Below are positions 9,327-18,080 of a DNA stretch of 64,000 nt, piece by piece. The DNA lies in the NCBI GenBank assembly GCA_016710965.1, contig JADJTW010000031.1, positions 727,887-791,886 of the forward strand, in the 5' to 3' direction. The DNA is from Flavobacteriales bacterium (GTDB lineage: Bacteria > Bacteroidota > Bacteroidia > Flavobacteriales_F > PHOS-HE28). The notes below the pieces were generated by a model. That model made no database searches. It was not told where the DNA came from and worked only from the letters and a program-made list of their open reading frames with translations. The stretch's first letter is position 1. Every line of letters starts with the position of its first letter. The position numbers and the translations under genes are program-made.

Positions 9327-10440
9327 CCTCGGTGACGAACAGTTCTGCTGCGATGCGATCCGCGAAGTGCCTGCCCGCCTTGGTCAAAACTAAACGCCCA
9401 TCGCGCAAGAGCAGGTGGCCGCTCGACACATACTTGTCAACGACCGACGAATTCCTGGCGAGCGCATCGATCTCCAAGCGCACGATAACCGCGCCTGCGC
9501 TCGTGCGCAAGCCGGTGAGCAGCGCCTCGTTCGTGCGTTGCGCGGGGGTAAGGACCTCTTCTTCCCAATAACGCTCGGCCGTGGCGAACGCAGCGGCGTA
9601 GCGCGCGTTGTTCGCCACGTTCCACCGGCGCCTGCGACCATCGAACGAATGCGCTGACGGGCCGATACCGAGATAGGGCACGCCTTCCCAATACGCCGAG
9701 TTGTGACGTGAATGATGGCCCGGCCTGCCGAAGTTGCTGATCTCGTAATGGTCGAATCCAGCGGTCTCCATCCGCTCCATCAAGCGATCGAACTGCGCGC
9801 TCTGGTCATCATCCGCGGGCATGGTTGATATGCCCTTCGCCACCTGATGCGCCAGCGCCGTGCGTGGCTCTACCGTGAGGCAGTAAGCGCTGAGGTGCGG
9901 CATGCCGTGGTCCAAGGCGATGGTGAGTTGCTCATCCCACTCGGCCAAGGTCATCTGTGGCAGCCCATAGATGAGGTCGATGGTCCACGATGCGAATCCG
10001 GCCTTCGCGATAAGGTCGATGCTGTGCAGCGCTTGCCCGGCATCATGCGCACGGCCCATCCATTTCAGCCGGTCTTCGCGGAAGCTCTGGGTTCCGAGAC
10101 TGATCCGCGTGATGCCCAACTCCTTCCACGCGGCCAGCCGATCCGGCGTGATGTCATCGGGATTCGCTTCGAGCGTCACCTCCGCATTCGGCTCCACACT
10201 GAAGTGCTGCTTGGCCTGAACGATGAACGCTGCGACCTCTTCCGGCTGGAGCAAGCTCGGTGTGCCACCACCGAGGTAGATCGTGCCGATCGGGTTGGAG
10301 ATCTCTCCCGAGCGTGTCTCGACTTCCCGGTGCATCGCATTGAGCACCGCTTCGCGCCCCTTCAAGGAAGTACTGAAATGGAAATCGCAATACGTGCAGG
10401 CTTGCTTGCAGAAGGGGATGTGGATGTAGATGCCCGACAA
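9304..10440 (-). CDS. hemW: radical SAM heme chaperone HemW (HemN-like)
   Basis: MSGIYIHIPFCKQACTYCDFHF...IYLGGGTPSLL with the CxxxCxxC radical-SAM motif. Confidence 0.85.
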   Translation of the reverse strand: MSGIYIHIPFCKQACTYCDFHFSTSLKGREAVLNAMHREVETRSGEISNPIGTIYLGGGTPSLLQPEEVAAFIVQAKQHFSVEPNAEVTLEANPDDITPDRLAAWKELGITRISLGTQSFREDRLKWMGRAHDAGQALHSIDLIAKAGFASWTIDLIYGLPQMTLAEWDEQLTIALDHGMPHLSAYCLTVEPRTALAHQVAKGISTMPADDDQSAQFDRLMERMETAGFDHYEISNFGRPGHHSRHNSAYWEGVPYLGIGPSAHSFDGRRRRWNVANNARYAAAFATAERYWEEEVLTPAQRTNEALLTGLRTSAGAVIVRLEIDALARNSSVVDKYVSSGHLLLRDGRLVLTKAGRHFADRIAAELFVTEDDRGDHA

Positions 10441-10442
10441 GC

Positions 10443-11951
10443 CTACTTCAGGTTGAGCGTGATCCTGAACGTGGTCCCCTTTCCCGGTGCGCTCTTCTTC
10501 ACGAAGATGTGCCCACCGTGGTATTGCTCGATGATGCGCTTGCTGAGCGAGAGCCCCAGTCCCCAGCCGCGCTTCTTGGTGGTGAAACCGGGCTGGAATA
10601 CGGTCTTGTGCCTCGCCTGCGGGATGCCCTTGCCGGTATCGGTCACATCAACGTACACATGCGCTCCCTCCGTCGCCATCTCGATGGTGATGGAGCCCTC
10701 CCCTTCCATGGCGTCGATCGCATTGCGGATGAGGTTCTCGATCACCCAGCTGAAGAGCGGACGATTGAGCGGGACGAGCATCTCGGTATCGGCGGGTGCG
10801 ATCACTTCGATCCTTGCGCGCGCCGGCAATCGCGGACGGAGATAGAGCACCGTGGCGCGCAAGGTGTGGTAGAGCTTCTCGGGCACCAGATCGGGCGAGG
10901 AGCCGATCTTGGAGAAGCGCTCGGTGATCACCTCCAGGCGATCGAGGTCCTTGCGCATCTCGGTAAGCGCACCGGGGTCTGCGCCCTGGTCCTTGAGCAG
11001 TTCGGTCCAAGCCATGAGCGAACTGAGGGGCGTGCCCAGTTGATGTGCGGTCTCCTTGGCCATGCCCACCCATACCTGGTTCTGCTCGGCATTGCGGAAT
11101 ACGCTGAAGAGCGCATAGGCCACCAGCAGGAAGAGCGCCAGGATGGCCAGTTGGACGTATGGGAAATAGCGTAGCTGGGTGATGATGAGGCTCTCTTCGT
11201 AGAAGATGTAATTCCGGCCTTTGCCCGGCAGGTCGATGGCGATGGGCGGGTTCGATCGTTCCATGGCAGCGATGCGTGCGTGCAACGCCGTTGTGTCGTG
11301 CAACAGCGCTTCCTCCACATTACCGGTCTCGATCACGCGCGTTCGCGTGCTGTCGGTGTAGATCACGGGCACGGAGGCGGTGCTCATCACCGTCTCGGAG
11401 ATGAAGCTGCGGATGATGCCGTCCATCACTTCCTGGAGCTCGGAGAACACACGGCTGTCCTTGTAATACAGGTACTGCTTCTGACGCGCATCGATGGCGA
11501 TCTCGATCGGGTCATGCAACGTCTTCATCGCTCGCACTTCGGCATTCATGCGGGCGGTGTCGCGCACCACTAGCGAATCGAGGTTGCGGTTGAAGAGCAC
11601 CCTGTCGTTCTTGTCCACGATAACGACCGGCACGGTGGTGTTGTCCTGCACCACCTTCAGGGTGAAGGTGAAGTCGGTGCCGGTGCCGCTGCTCATGCGC
11701 TGCATGGCCTCGGCCCAGAGCTGCACTTTCTTGCGCTCCTCTTCGCGCAGCCGCTGGAACAGCCGTTCCGTGTAGTTCACCAATTGGGCACGGTTCTGCA
11801 CCGCTTCGGCCCAGAGCTCCACTTTACGGCGCTCCTCAGCGCGCACGCCTTCCACGATGCGGTTGCTGTACCAGAGCGAGGCGCCTACCATGAGCAACGC
11901 CACCAAGGCCAGCACCAGCTTCCAACGTTGCTTGCGTGAGTAGAGGTCCAC
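10443..11951 (-). CDS. sensor histidine kinase (orphan: no response regulator adjacent in this window)
   Basis: H-box HQLGTPLSSLMAWTELL, and ATPase motifs IRNAIDAM...DTGKGIP...GWGLGLSL. The N-terminus has a TM segment and a duplicated ERRKVELWAEA motif. Confidence 0.8.
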   Translation of the reverse strand: MDLYSRKQRWKLVLALVALLMVGASLWYSNRIVEGVRAEERRKVELWAEAVQNRAQLVNYTERLFQRLREEERKKVQLWAEAMQRMSSGTGTDFTFTLKVVQDNTTVPVVIVDKNDRVLFNRNLDSLVVRDTARMNAEVRAMKTLHDPIEIAIDARQKQYLYYKDSRVFSELQEVMDGIIRSFISETVMSTASVPVIYTDSTRTRVIETGNVEEALLHDTTALHARIAAMERSNPPIAIDLPGKGRNYIFYEESLIITQLRYFPYVQLAILALFLLVAYALFSVFRNAEQNQVWVGMAKETAHQLGTPLSSLMAWTELLKDQGADPGALTEMRKDLDRLEVITERFSKIGSSPDLVPEKLYHTLRATVLYLRPRLPARARIEVIAPADTEMLVPLNRPLFSWVIENLIRNAIDAMEGEGSITIEMATEGAHVYVDVTDTGKGIPQARHKTVFQPGFTTKKRGWGLGLSLSKRIIEQYHGGHIFVKKSAPGKGTTFRITLNLK

Positions 11952-11993
11952 GGGGTGAAGATCGCCAAAGCGCGCGTCGCAGCAGGCTTGCGA

Positions 11994-14648
11994 TCAGTCC
12001 TCGATCCGTATGCGGCCCTGCTCCTCCTTGTCCTTCTCTTCCTTGAACAGGCGGTTCAGGCCCCGGCGTTGGCGCGGCTGCGCCCCGGCCACCACCCCGG
12101 TATCAGCCTCTTCCTCGATGATCACCCGGCCCTGTTGGGTGCCGGTGCCGGTGCTGCTGCTGTCGGGCCTGCGGCCGAAGATCTCCTCGCGCAGGATGGA
12201 CCGCAGTTCCTGCTTCTCCTCCTGGAATTGCTTCCGCCGCTTTGCTGCCGCCATGGCGCCATCGTTCTCGAATTGCGGAGCATTGGCCAGGCCGTACATG
12301 TGCAGGAAGACACGCATGCCGGTGCCGTCGTCGGCGATCGGGCCGAACTCATCTGCGCGCGCATGGCCCAGGCGGAAGAGATCGCTCAGGCGGAAATTGA
12401 TGTGGTGGTCGATGCGATCATCGAACCCATGCGTGCCGCTGAGCTCGATGTCCATGGCGCTGCTCTTCACTTCCATTACGGGGATATGCACTGCGCCATC
12501 GCGCACTTCGATGCGGTTCTCCAGGTGGGCGAAACGCACATCGGCCAGGCGCTTGCGCAACTCATCGGTATCCACGAAGGGCGAAACGAGCTTGTTCTTG
12601 CGCAGGTGATCGGCAATTGCGATCAGCTGCTGCTGGCCTGTGATCGTGCCGTTGTCGATGGCGATGTCGAGCGTGCAGACAAGGCGATCGCGATCGATCT
12701 TCATCGCTGGCGAAAGCGGGGCCAGGAAGCTGACGTTGGCGCGCGCGCGACCGGTCAAGTGACGAGCGCCGATGAACTCCTGTCCGAAATCCTGGAACTC
12801 GGCGAAGAGCTGCTTCACGTCGATGTCCTTGATGGCGGCCTCGATCGCCAGCGGATAGTCGGACGCTCCGGCCCCACCCGATCCATCGAGTTGCAGGCTG
12901 CCAAGCACGGCGCCATCGGCGGTGTTGAACGCCAAGGGCGAAGCGCGCAGCACGCGGTCCTTCATGCGGATGGTACCGGTGATGTCCGTTGCGGTGAATT
13001 CCTCGAAGACGAGCTCGGCCACTTGCGCGCGCACGTCCAGCTCAATCGATGAAGGCAGCACCAGCGCGTAGTCTTTGCCACCGGCAGTACCTTCATCGCG
13101 TTGCAGCAAAGCCGCAAGGTCCAGGCGTGGGCTGCGCGCGCGCGCTTCGATCACCAGGTGTTCCTGGTCGAAGAGCAGGAAGGGCACGAGGTTCCGCAAT
13201 GCTCCGCTGATCTCGATCGGGCTGCCTTGTACTTCGGCCTTCAGGCCGCGCACGGTGGCATCGTTGCCTGCGAGCGATAGCTCGGTATCCAGGTGCTCCA
13301 CGCGGTGCCTGATCCCCTTCACCTTCAGCGAGGCATCGCTGAGCGCTGCCGTGCCGCTTATCCTCAACTGGCGCAGGTCCGCCGGTCGCGGATCGGCCAT
13401 GTCGCGCAGGGCGCCATTGATGCGCAGGTCGGCGCGCAAGCGGCCGCCCACCTGCTCCAGCGTATCAACGCCCGCGAAGCGCAGTAGATCGGCAAGGCCC
13501 ATGTCGCACTGCACATCGGCCTTAACGGTGGCCTTGGTGATCCCATCGGAGAGCCAGTCGGCAGTGAGGGTCCCGCTGCCGCTCTTCGCGCTGAGGTTGT
13601 TCACCTTCAGTTTGCGGATGGCCCCGTTGGGTGAAAGCTCCAAGGCCAGCTCGCCGAAGATGTCCGTGAAGACCGTCCCGCTGCGCCGTTCCTTCATGCG
13701 GCCTTCTACCAGCTTGGCGCCGATGGAAAGCGAAGGGCCCTCGCCTTGCAGCTGCCCGACGTAGCGGATCGCGAGGTCCACCTCGCCTTGCATGCCGAAA
13801 CGCTCCAACGACTTACGCGCTGCTGTAGGCAAGAGCACGATGGTCTCCGCAAGGTCGAGGCCCATGCCGTTGGCACGCAGATCCATATCAAGTCCGTCAT
13901 CCGCCGGGGTGAGGGCAAGGGTCACATTCAGCGGTAGATCGCCGACGCGCACTTCGCCCCGTGTGATATGGAAGGCACCCCGACCGAAGCTTAGCGCCAG
14001 ATCGAGTTCCGCCGAACGCTCGTCAATCAGCAGTTCCTGCTTGCGGGTCACGGCGAGCAATCGCGCATCCCCTTCCGCTGTCACTTCATGCTCATCACCA
14101 TTGAATCGACCAGCCAGCGAAAGCGCATCGCTGGTGGCGCGCACCTCCAACAGCGAACGCGCGTCGCGATAGCGTACGGTCAGCCTATCGAAGCTCACGT
14201 GGTCCAAAGAGATGGGCGAAGCGGCCCCCGTGCTGTCGCTCTTCCAGATCAGGTAATTCGCTGCACCATGGCGATCGAGGCCGGGGTACAGGATCACATC
14301 CTCGCCATGGATGCGTTGCACGCGGAAATCCCCGGTGAAAAGGTCCCACAGGTTGAATTCGAGGAAGAGCTCCTCCGCAGCGAGCAAGGTGTCGGCCGGG
14401 AGGCTGTCGGTGCGCACTTCATCCACCTTCACATCGTAGAGCCGCATGCTGGCCATTGGGAAGCGTGCGATGAGCGTGAGGTCCATGTCGCTCACCGTCA
14501 CGGGGGTGAGCAACCGCTCGTTGAGTGCGCCCACGAGCTTCACCTTCACTTCGGTCTCGTACACCCGAGCAAGGATGGCCAGCACAGCCGCGCCCAGCAC
14601 CAGCAGGACGGTGAGCAGGAGGAGGAGCTTGCGGAGATGGCGTAGCAC
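11994..14648 (-). CDS. AsmA-family (TamB-like) large envelope protein
   Basis: 884 aa with an N-terminal TM anchor and a long beta-rich body typical of AsmA-like proteins. Confidence 0.55.
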   Translation of the reverse strand: MLRHLRKLLLLLTVLLVLGAAVLAILARVYETEVKVKLVGALNERLLTPVTVSDMDLTLIARFPMASMRLYDVKVDEVRTDSLPADTLLAAEELFLEFNLWDLFTGDFRVQRIHGEDVILYPGLDRHGAANYLIWKSDSTGAASPISLDHVSFDRLTVRYRDARSLLEVRATSDALSLAGRFNGDEHEVTAEGDARLLAVTRKQELLIDERSAELDLALSFGRGAFHITRGEVRVGDLPLNVTLALTPADDGLDMDLRANGMGLDLAETIVLLPTAARKSLERFGMQGEVDLAIRYVGQLQGEGPSLSIGAKLVEGRMKERRSGTVFTDIFGELALELSPNGAIRKLKVNNLSAKSGSGTLTADWLSDGITKATVKADVQCDMGLADLLRFAGVDTLEQVGGRLRADLRINGALRDMADPRPADLRQLRISGTAALSDASLKVKGIRHRVEHLDTELSLAGNDATVRGLKAEVQGSPIEISGALRNLVPFLLFDQEHLVIEARARSPRLDLAALLQRDEGTAGGKDYALVLPSSIELDVRAQVAELVFEEFTATDITGTIRMKDRVLRASPLAFNTADGAVLGSLQLDGSGGAGASDYPLAIEAAIKDIDVKQLFAEFQDFGQEFIGARHLTGRARANVSFLAPLSPAMKIDRDRLVCTLDIAIDNGTITGQQQLIAIADHLRKNKLVSPFVDTDELRKRLADVRFAHLENRIEVRDGAVHIPVMEVKSSAMDIELSGTHGFDDRIDHHINFRLSDLFRLGHARADEFGPIADDGTGMRVFLHMYGLANAPQFENDGAMAAAKRRKQFQEEKQELRSILREEIFGRRPDSSSTGTGTQQGRVIIEEEADTGVVAGAQPRQRRGLNRLFKEEKDKEEQGRIRIED

Positions 14649-14749
14649 TGGTAAGGTGCGAAAGCTATCGGCACCCGTACAACGCTAACGGCAATTGGCG
14701 TGCTGTTCGTTCACAGCACTGTGTTACTGCGTGAATGCCCGCCTGCGGC

Positions 14750-15880
14750 TCACTTCCGCTTGCTCAGAAAGAGCACCTCCTTCTCCGTCAGGTGACGCCA
14801 ATTCCCGCGCGGCAGATCCTTCTTCGTGAGGCCTGCGAAAACCACCCTATCCAGCTTCAATACCTCGTAGCCCATGGCCTCGAACATGCGGCGCACCACG
14901 CGGTTGCGGCCCATGTGCAGTTTCAGGCCTACCTCGCGCTTGCTCGCTCCATCCACATAACGAGCTTCATCCGCTTGGGCTGGTCCATCGTCCAGCGGTA
15001 CGCCTTTCACCAATTGATCGAGGTCGGCCTTGGTCACGTTCTTGTCCAGGGTAACGTGGTAGATCTTCTCGGCGCCGTGGCTGGGATGGGTGAGCTTCTT
15101 GGCCAGGTCGCCATCGTTGGTCATGAGCAGCAGGCCGGTGGTGTTTCGATCCAGGCGGCCTACGGGATAGAGGCGCTCGGTGCAGGCATCATCGATCAAG
15201 GCCATCACCGTGCGGCGGTCGCGCGGGTCTTCGGTGGTGGTGATGAAGTCCTTGGGCTTGTTCACCAGCACGTAGCGCTTCTTCTCGGTGCTGAGCTTCT
15301 GGCCTCCGTAATGCACCACATCGGTAGGCGAAACCTTGGTGCCCAGTTCGGTCACGATCTTACCGTTCACGGTGACCACACCGGCCTTGATCAGGTCGTC
15401 GGCATCGCGGCGGCTGGCAACACCTGCGTTGGAGAGAAAGCGGTTGAGGCGGATGCGGCCATCGTCGATGCCTTCCTCAGCCTTCCGCCCACGTTTGCTG
15501 GCACGGTCGGGGCCGCGGCCGATCTCGCGCCGGGCACCACGGTCGGGATCGCCGCGCAACGGCCGGTCGGTTCGGAAACGACGGTCTCCACCGCGCGCAA
15601 AACCCGCAGCGGAGCGTGGGCGCTCGCCATCCTTCGCAGGGCGCTCGGAGCGTGCCGCACCAGCACCCTTCCGCACGGAGCCAGGCGGCCTGCGTCCGAA
15701 ACGTTTGGAATGCGGTCTGCCGTCGGGCCGCGCTGCCGCGCCTTCCTTCCCTCGGGCAGGCGCTTTCTTCTCGCGATCGTCGTGGCGCGGTGTATCGGGT
15801 TTCGGCGGTCGGCCGCCCATACCAGGCCTGCGGGGGCCGGGCTTGCGGCCTCGCGGGCCGCGTTCAGAACGGTCGGTCAT
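14750..15880 (-). CDS. RsuA/RluB-family pseudouridine synthase with an Arg/Gly/Pro-rich N-terminal extension
   Basis: S4 domain RLNRFLSNAGVASRRDADDLIKAGVVTVNG and catalytic VGRLDRNTTGLLLMTNDG. The start is ambiguous (15931, 15880 or 15820). Confidence 0.8.
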   Translation of the reverse strand: MTDRSERGPRGRKPGPRRPGMGGRPPKPDTPRHDDREKKAPARGKEGAAARPDGRPHSKRFGRRPPGSVRKGAGAARSERPAKDGERPRSAAGFARGGDRRFRTDRPLRGDPDRGARREIGRGPDRASKRGRKAEEGIDDGRIRLNRFLSNAGVASRRDADDLIKAGVVTVNGKIVTELGTKVSPTDVVHYGGQKLSTEKKRYVLVNKPKDFITTTEDPRDRRTVMALIDDACTERLYPVGRLDRNTTGLLLMTNDGDLAKKLTHPSHGAEKIYHVTLDKNVTKADLDQLVKGVPLDDGPAQADEARYVDGASKREVGLKLHMGRNRVVRRMFEAMGYEVLKLDRVVFAGLTKKDLPRGNWRHLTEKEVLFLSKRK

Positions 15881-16244
15881 GGGTGGTGGGGTAGAACGCG
15901 TCGGGGATATGGTGGATGTACGGCTTGCCACTGGCGTGGATGATCACGCTCACGATGTCGAAACGGAGCGCAAGGTCGGTACCGATGGCATGCACATACG
16001 CATTGGCGGCCTTGATGATCTTGCTGCGCTTGCCCTTCTTCACCGCTTCCTCGGGCTCGCCATGGTCTGCACTGCTGCGGGTCTTCACCTCCACGATCAC
16101 CAATTCGCGCGTGGTGCGGGCGATGATATCGAGCTCGTCCCTGCCATGGCGCCAGTTGCGCTCCAACACCTCATAGCCCAGGTCTTCCAGGTAGCGGCAT
16201 GCCACTTGCTCCCCTAGGGCGCCGGTGCGGTTGTGCTCGGCCAT
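15864..16244 (-). CDS. YraN-family (UPF0102) endonuclease
   Basis: GALGEQVACRYLEDLGYEVLERNWRHGRDELDIIA...ELVIVEVKTR. Confidence 0.7.
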   Translation of the reverse strand: MAEHNRTGALGEQVACRYLEDLGYEVLERNWRHGRDELDIIARTTRELVIVEVKTRSSADHGEPEEAVKKGKRSKIIKAANAYVHAIGTDLALRFDIVSVIIHASGKPYIHHIPDAFYPTTHDRPF

Positions 16245-16350
16245 GTGTGGATAGTGGGGGCGTAACCATGCAACCAAGCCCCCGTTGAAGGCCCTAAAAT
16301 TGGGGAAGAATCAACCCGCCGGCGAACTCTGCCGGTAAACCAGACCGACC

Positions 16351-16995
16351 ATGCGCACGCTGCAACACTCCTTCCGCCTCTCCGGGCTCCTGCTCTTGTT
16401 CGCCTCCGGCGCACTCGCAGCCCAGTCGTTCGAAGGGGCCATCGAGTTCACCAAGACCACCGGCCCGGTGGTGACCAACTACAAGTACTACGTGAAGGGC
16501 GAGCGTGTGCGCATCGAAGAGATCAGCTCGCGCGGAGAGGTGCAGGGCATCATGCTGGTGGATACGCGCGACAAGACGGTTACCGCCCTGAGCCCAGAGC
16601 GCAAACTGTACATGGATGTGCCCAATATGCGCCTGCCCAAGGATGTGGAGACTCAGGTGCAAAAGACCGCCGACCAGAAGCAGATCGCTGGCTACGCCTG
16701 CGAGAAGTGGCTGGTGAAGAGCGCCAAGGAGGACCGCCAGATCACCTATTGGGTGGCCGCTGACGAGTTCAACTTCTTCATCCCCTTGCTCGAAACACTC
16801 AACCGCAAGGATGAGCAAGCCGTGTTCTTCCTGCAGATCAAAGATGCGTTTGGCGTATTCCCGATGCTCGGCATCGAACAGAAGATGGATGGCGCGGAGG
16901 TGAGCCGCTTGGAAGTGACCAAGGTGACGAAGGGCGCTCAGAAGCCCACCTTGTTCGAAATCCCTGCCGGATTCAACAAGTTCGAGAGGAACTAG
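16351..16995 (+). CDS. DUF4412-domain secreted protein
   Basis: Signal peptide, and the ...ITYWVAADEF.../EIPAGF architecture common to Bacteroidota DUF4412 proteins. Confidence 0.45.
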   Translation: MRTLQHSFRLSGLLLLFASGALAAQSFEGAIEFTKTTGPVVTNYKYYVKGERVRIEEISSRGEVQGIMLVDTRDKTVTALSPERKLYMDVPNMRLPKDVETQVQKTADQKQIAGYACEKWLVKSAKEDRQITYWVAADEFNFFIPLLETLNRKDEQAVFFLQIKDAFGVFPMLGIEQKMDGAEVSRLEVTKVTKGAQKPTLFEIPAGFNKFERN

Positions 16996-17022
16996 CCGCA
17001 AAGACACAACGGCGCAAAGGGC

Positions 17023-17967
17023 TCAGGCGGTCCGCGCGCCTTCGAAGCTCAGCGTTGCACCCTCCGCGGTGACGCTGAGCTTCGCCTTTTGGCCCATGAG
17101 CAGCGCGCGATTGTCCGCGATATGGCCCGCAGGGAAACCGTAGCAGACAGGATAGTGTGCCGCGCCGATGGCCTTATCCACGATCTGCTCTGCGATGAGC
17201 CCGAAGGGATCGTTCGGGTCCTTGTCCTTCATCTCTATCATCCCGCCCACCACAAGCCCGGCGATGCGCTCGAACCAGCCGCCGAGCTTCAGGTTCATGA
17301 TCATGCGGTCCACGTGGTAGAGCAGTTCGTCCAAGTCCTCTATGAAGAGGATCTTGCCCGTGGGGTCGATGTCGTACGGCGTACCACGAAGTGCGTATAG
17401 CAGCGAGAGGTTGCCGCCCACGAGGATGCCTTCGCATTCACCTGGCCTGTTAGCAGCGGTAGGTTCCATGCCCAACTCGCGCATGGAGTGGAGCGTTAGC
17501 ATCTCGCCGAAGAGCGCCTTGCGCAAGGTCTCACGTGCGGTATCCGATTTCGCGCCAACGTTGAAAGGCATTTGTGCGTGCAGCGATGCGATACCCAGTT
17601 TGTGCAACGCGTTGTGCAACACCGTCACATCGCTGAAGCCCACCAGCCACTTCGGGTTGCGCTTGAACGCATCGAGGTCCATGTGCTTCAACAGATGCAC
17701 GGTACCATAGCCACCACGTGCGCACCAGATCGCTTTCACTTCGGGATCATCGAAGGCGGCTTGCAGATCCGCAGCACGTTGCTTGGAGGTGCCCGCTTGT
17801 TGGAAGTGCTTGCGACCCACACAGGTGCCGAGCTTCACGTTCAAGCCCCAGCTCTTAGCCAACTCGATGCCGTCGTGCAGCTCATCACGCATGATGCTGC
17901 GCGCGGTGGGAACAATGGCGATGGTGTCGCCCGGACGAAGGGAAGGAGGAACAAGAAGGTCGGACAT
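17023..17967 (-). CDS. LD-carboxypeptidase (peptidase S66, LdcA-like)
   Basis: GDTIAIVPTARS...LVGFSDVTVLH... layout with the catalytic Ser in GFSD. Confidence 0.8.
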   Translation of the reverse strand: MSDLLVPPSLRPGDTIAIVPTARSIMRDELHDGIELAKSWGLNVKLGTCVGRKHFQQAGTSKQRAADLQAAFDDPEVKAIWCARGGYGTVHLLKHMDLDAFKRNPKWLVGFSDVTVLHNALHKLGIASLHAQMPFNVGAKSDTARETLRKALFGEMLTLHSMRELGMEPTAANRPGECEGILVGGNLSLLYALRGTPYDIDPTGKILFIEDLDELLYHVDRMIMNLKLGGWFERIAGLVVGGMIEMKDKDPNDPFGLIAEQIVDKAIGAAHYPVCYGFPAGHIADNRALLMGQKAKLSVTAEGATLSFEGARTA

Positions 17968-18022
17968 GGAAAGGGCGACGAAGGTGCGCACCGGCTTGGA
18001 TCTCCACAACGATCCGGCGGGG

Positions 18023-18030
18023 TACTTTCG
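18023..18030 (+). promoter_or_regulatory. candidate -7 promoter element TACTTTCG upstream of metG
   Basis: tactttcg 50 nt upstream of GTG 18081, with TTG 24 nt further upstream. The same octamer precedes ileS. Confidence 0.3.
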
Positions 18031-18080
18031 CGAACCCTCAACGAAGCGTTCCCAGGCGCCGCCCAGGGCCATACCGACCC

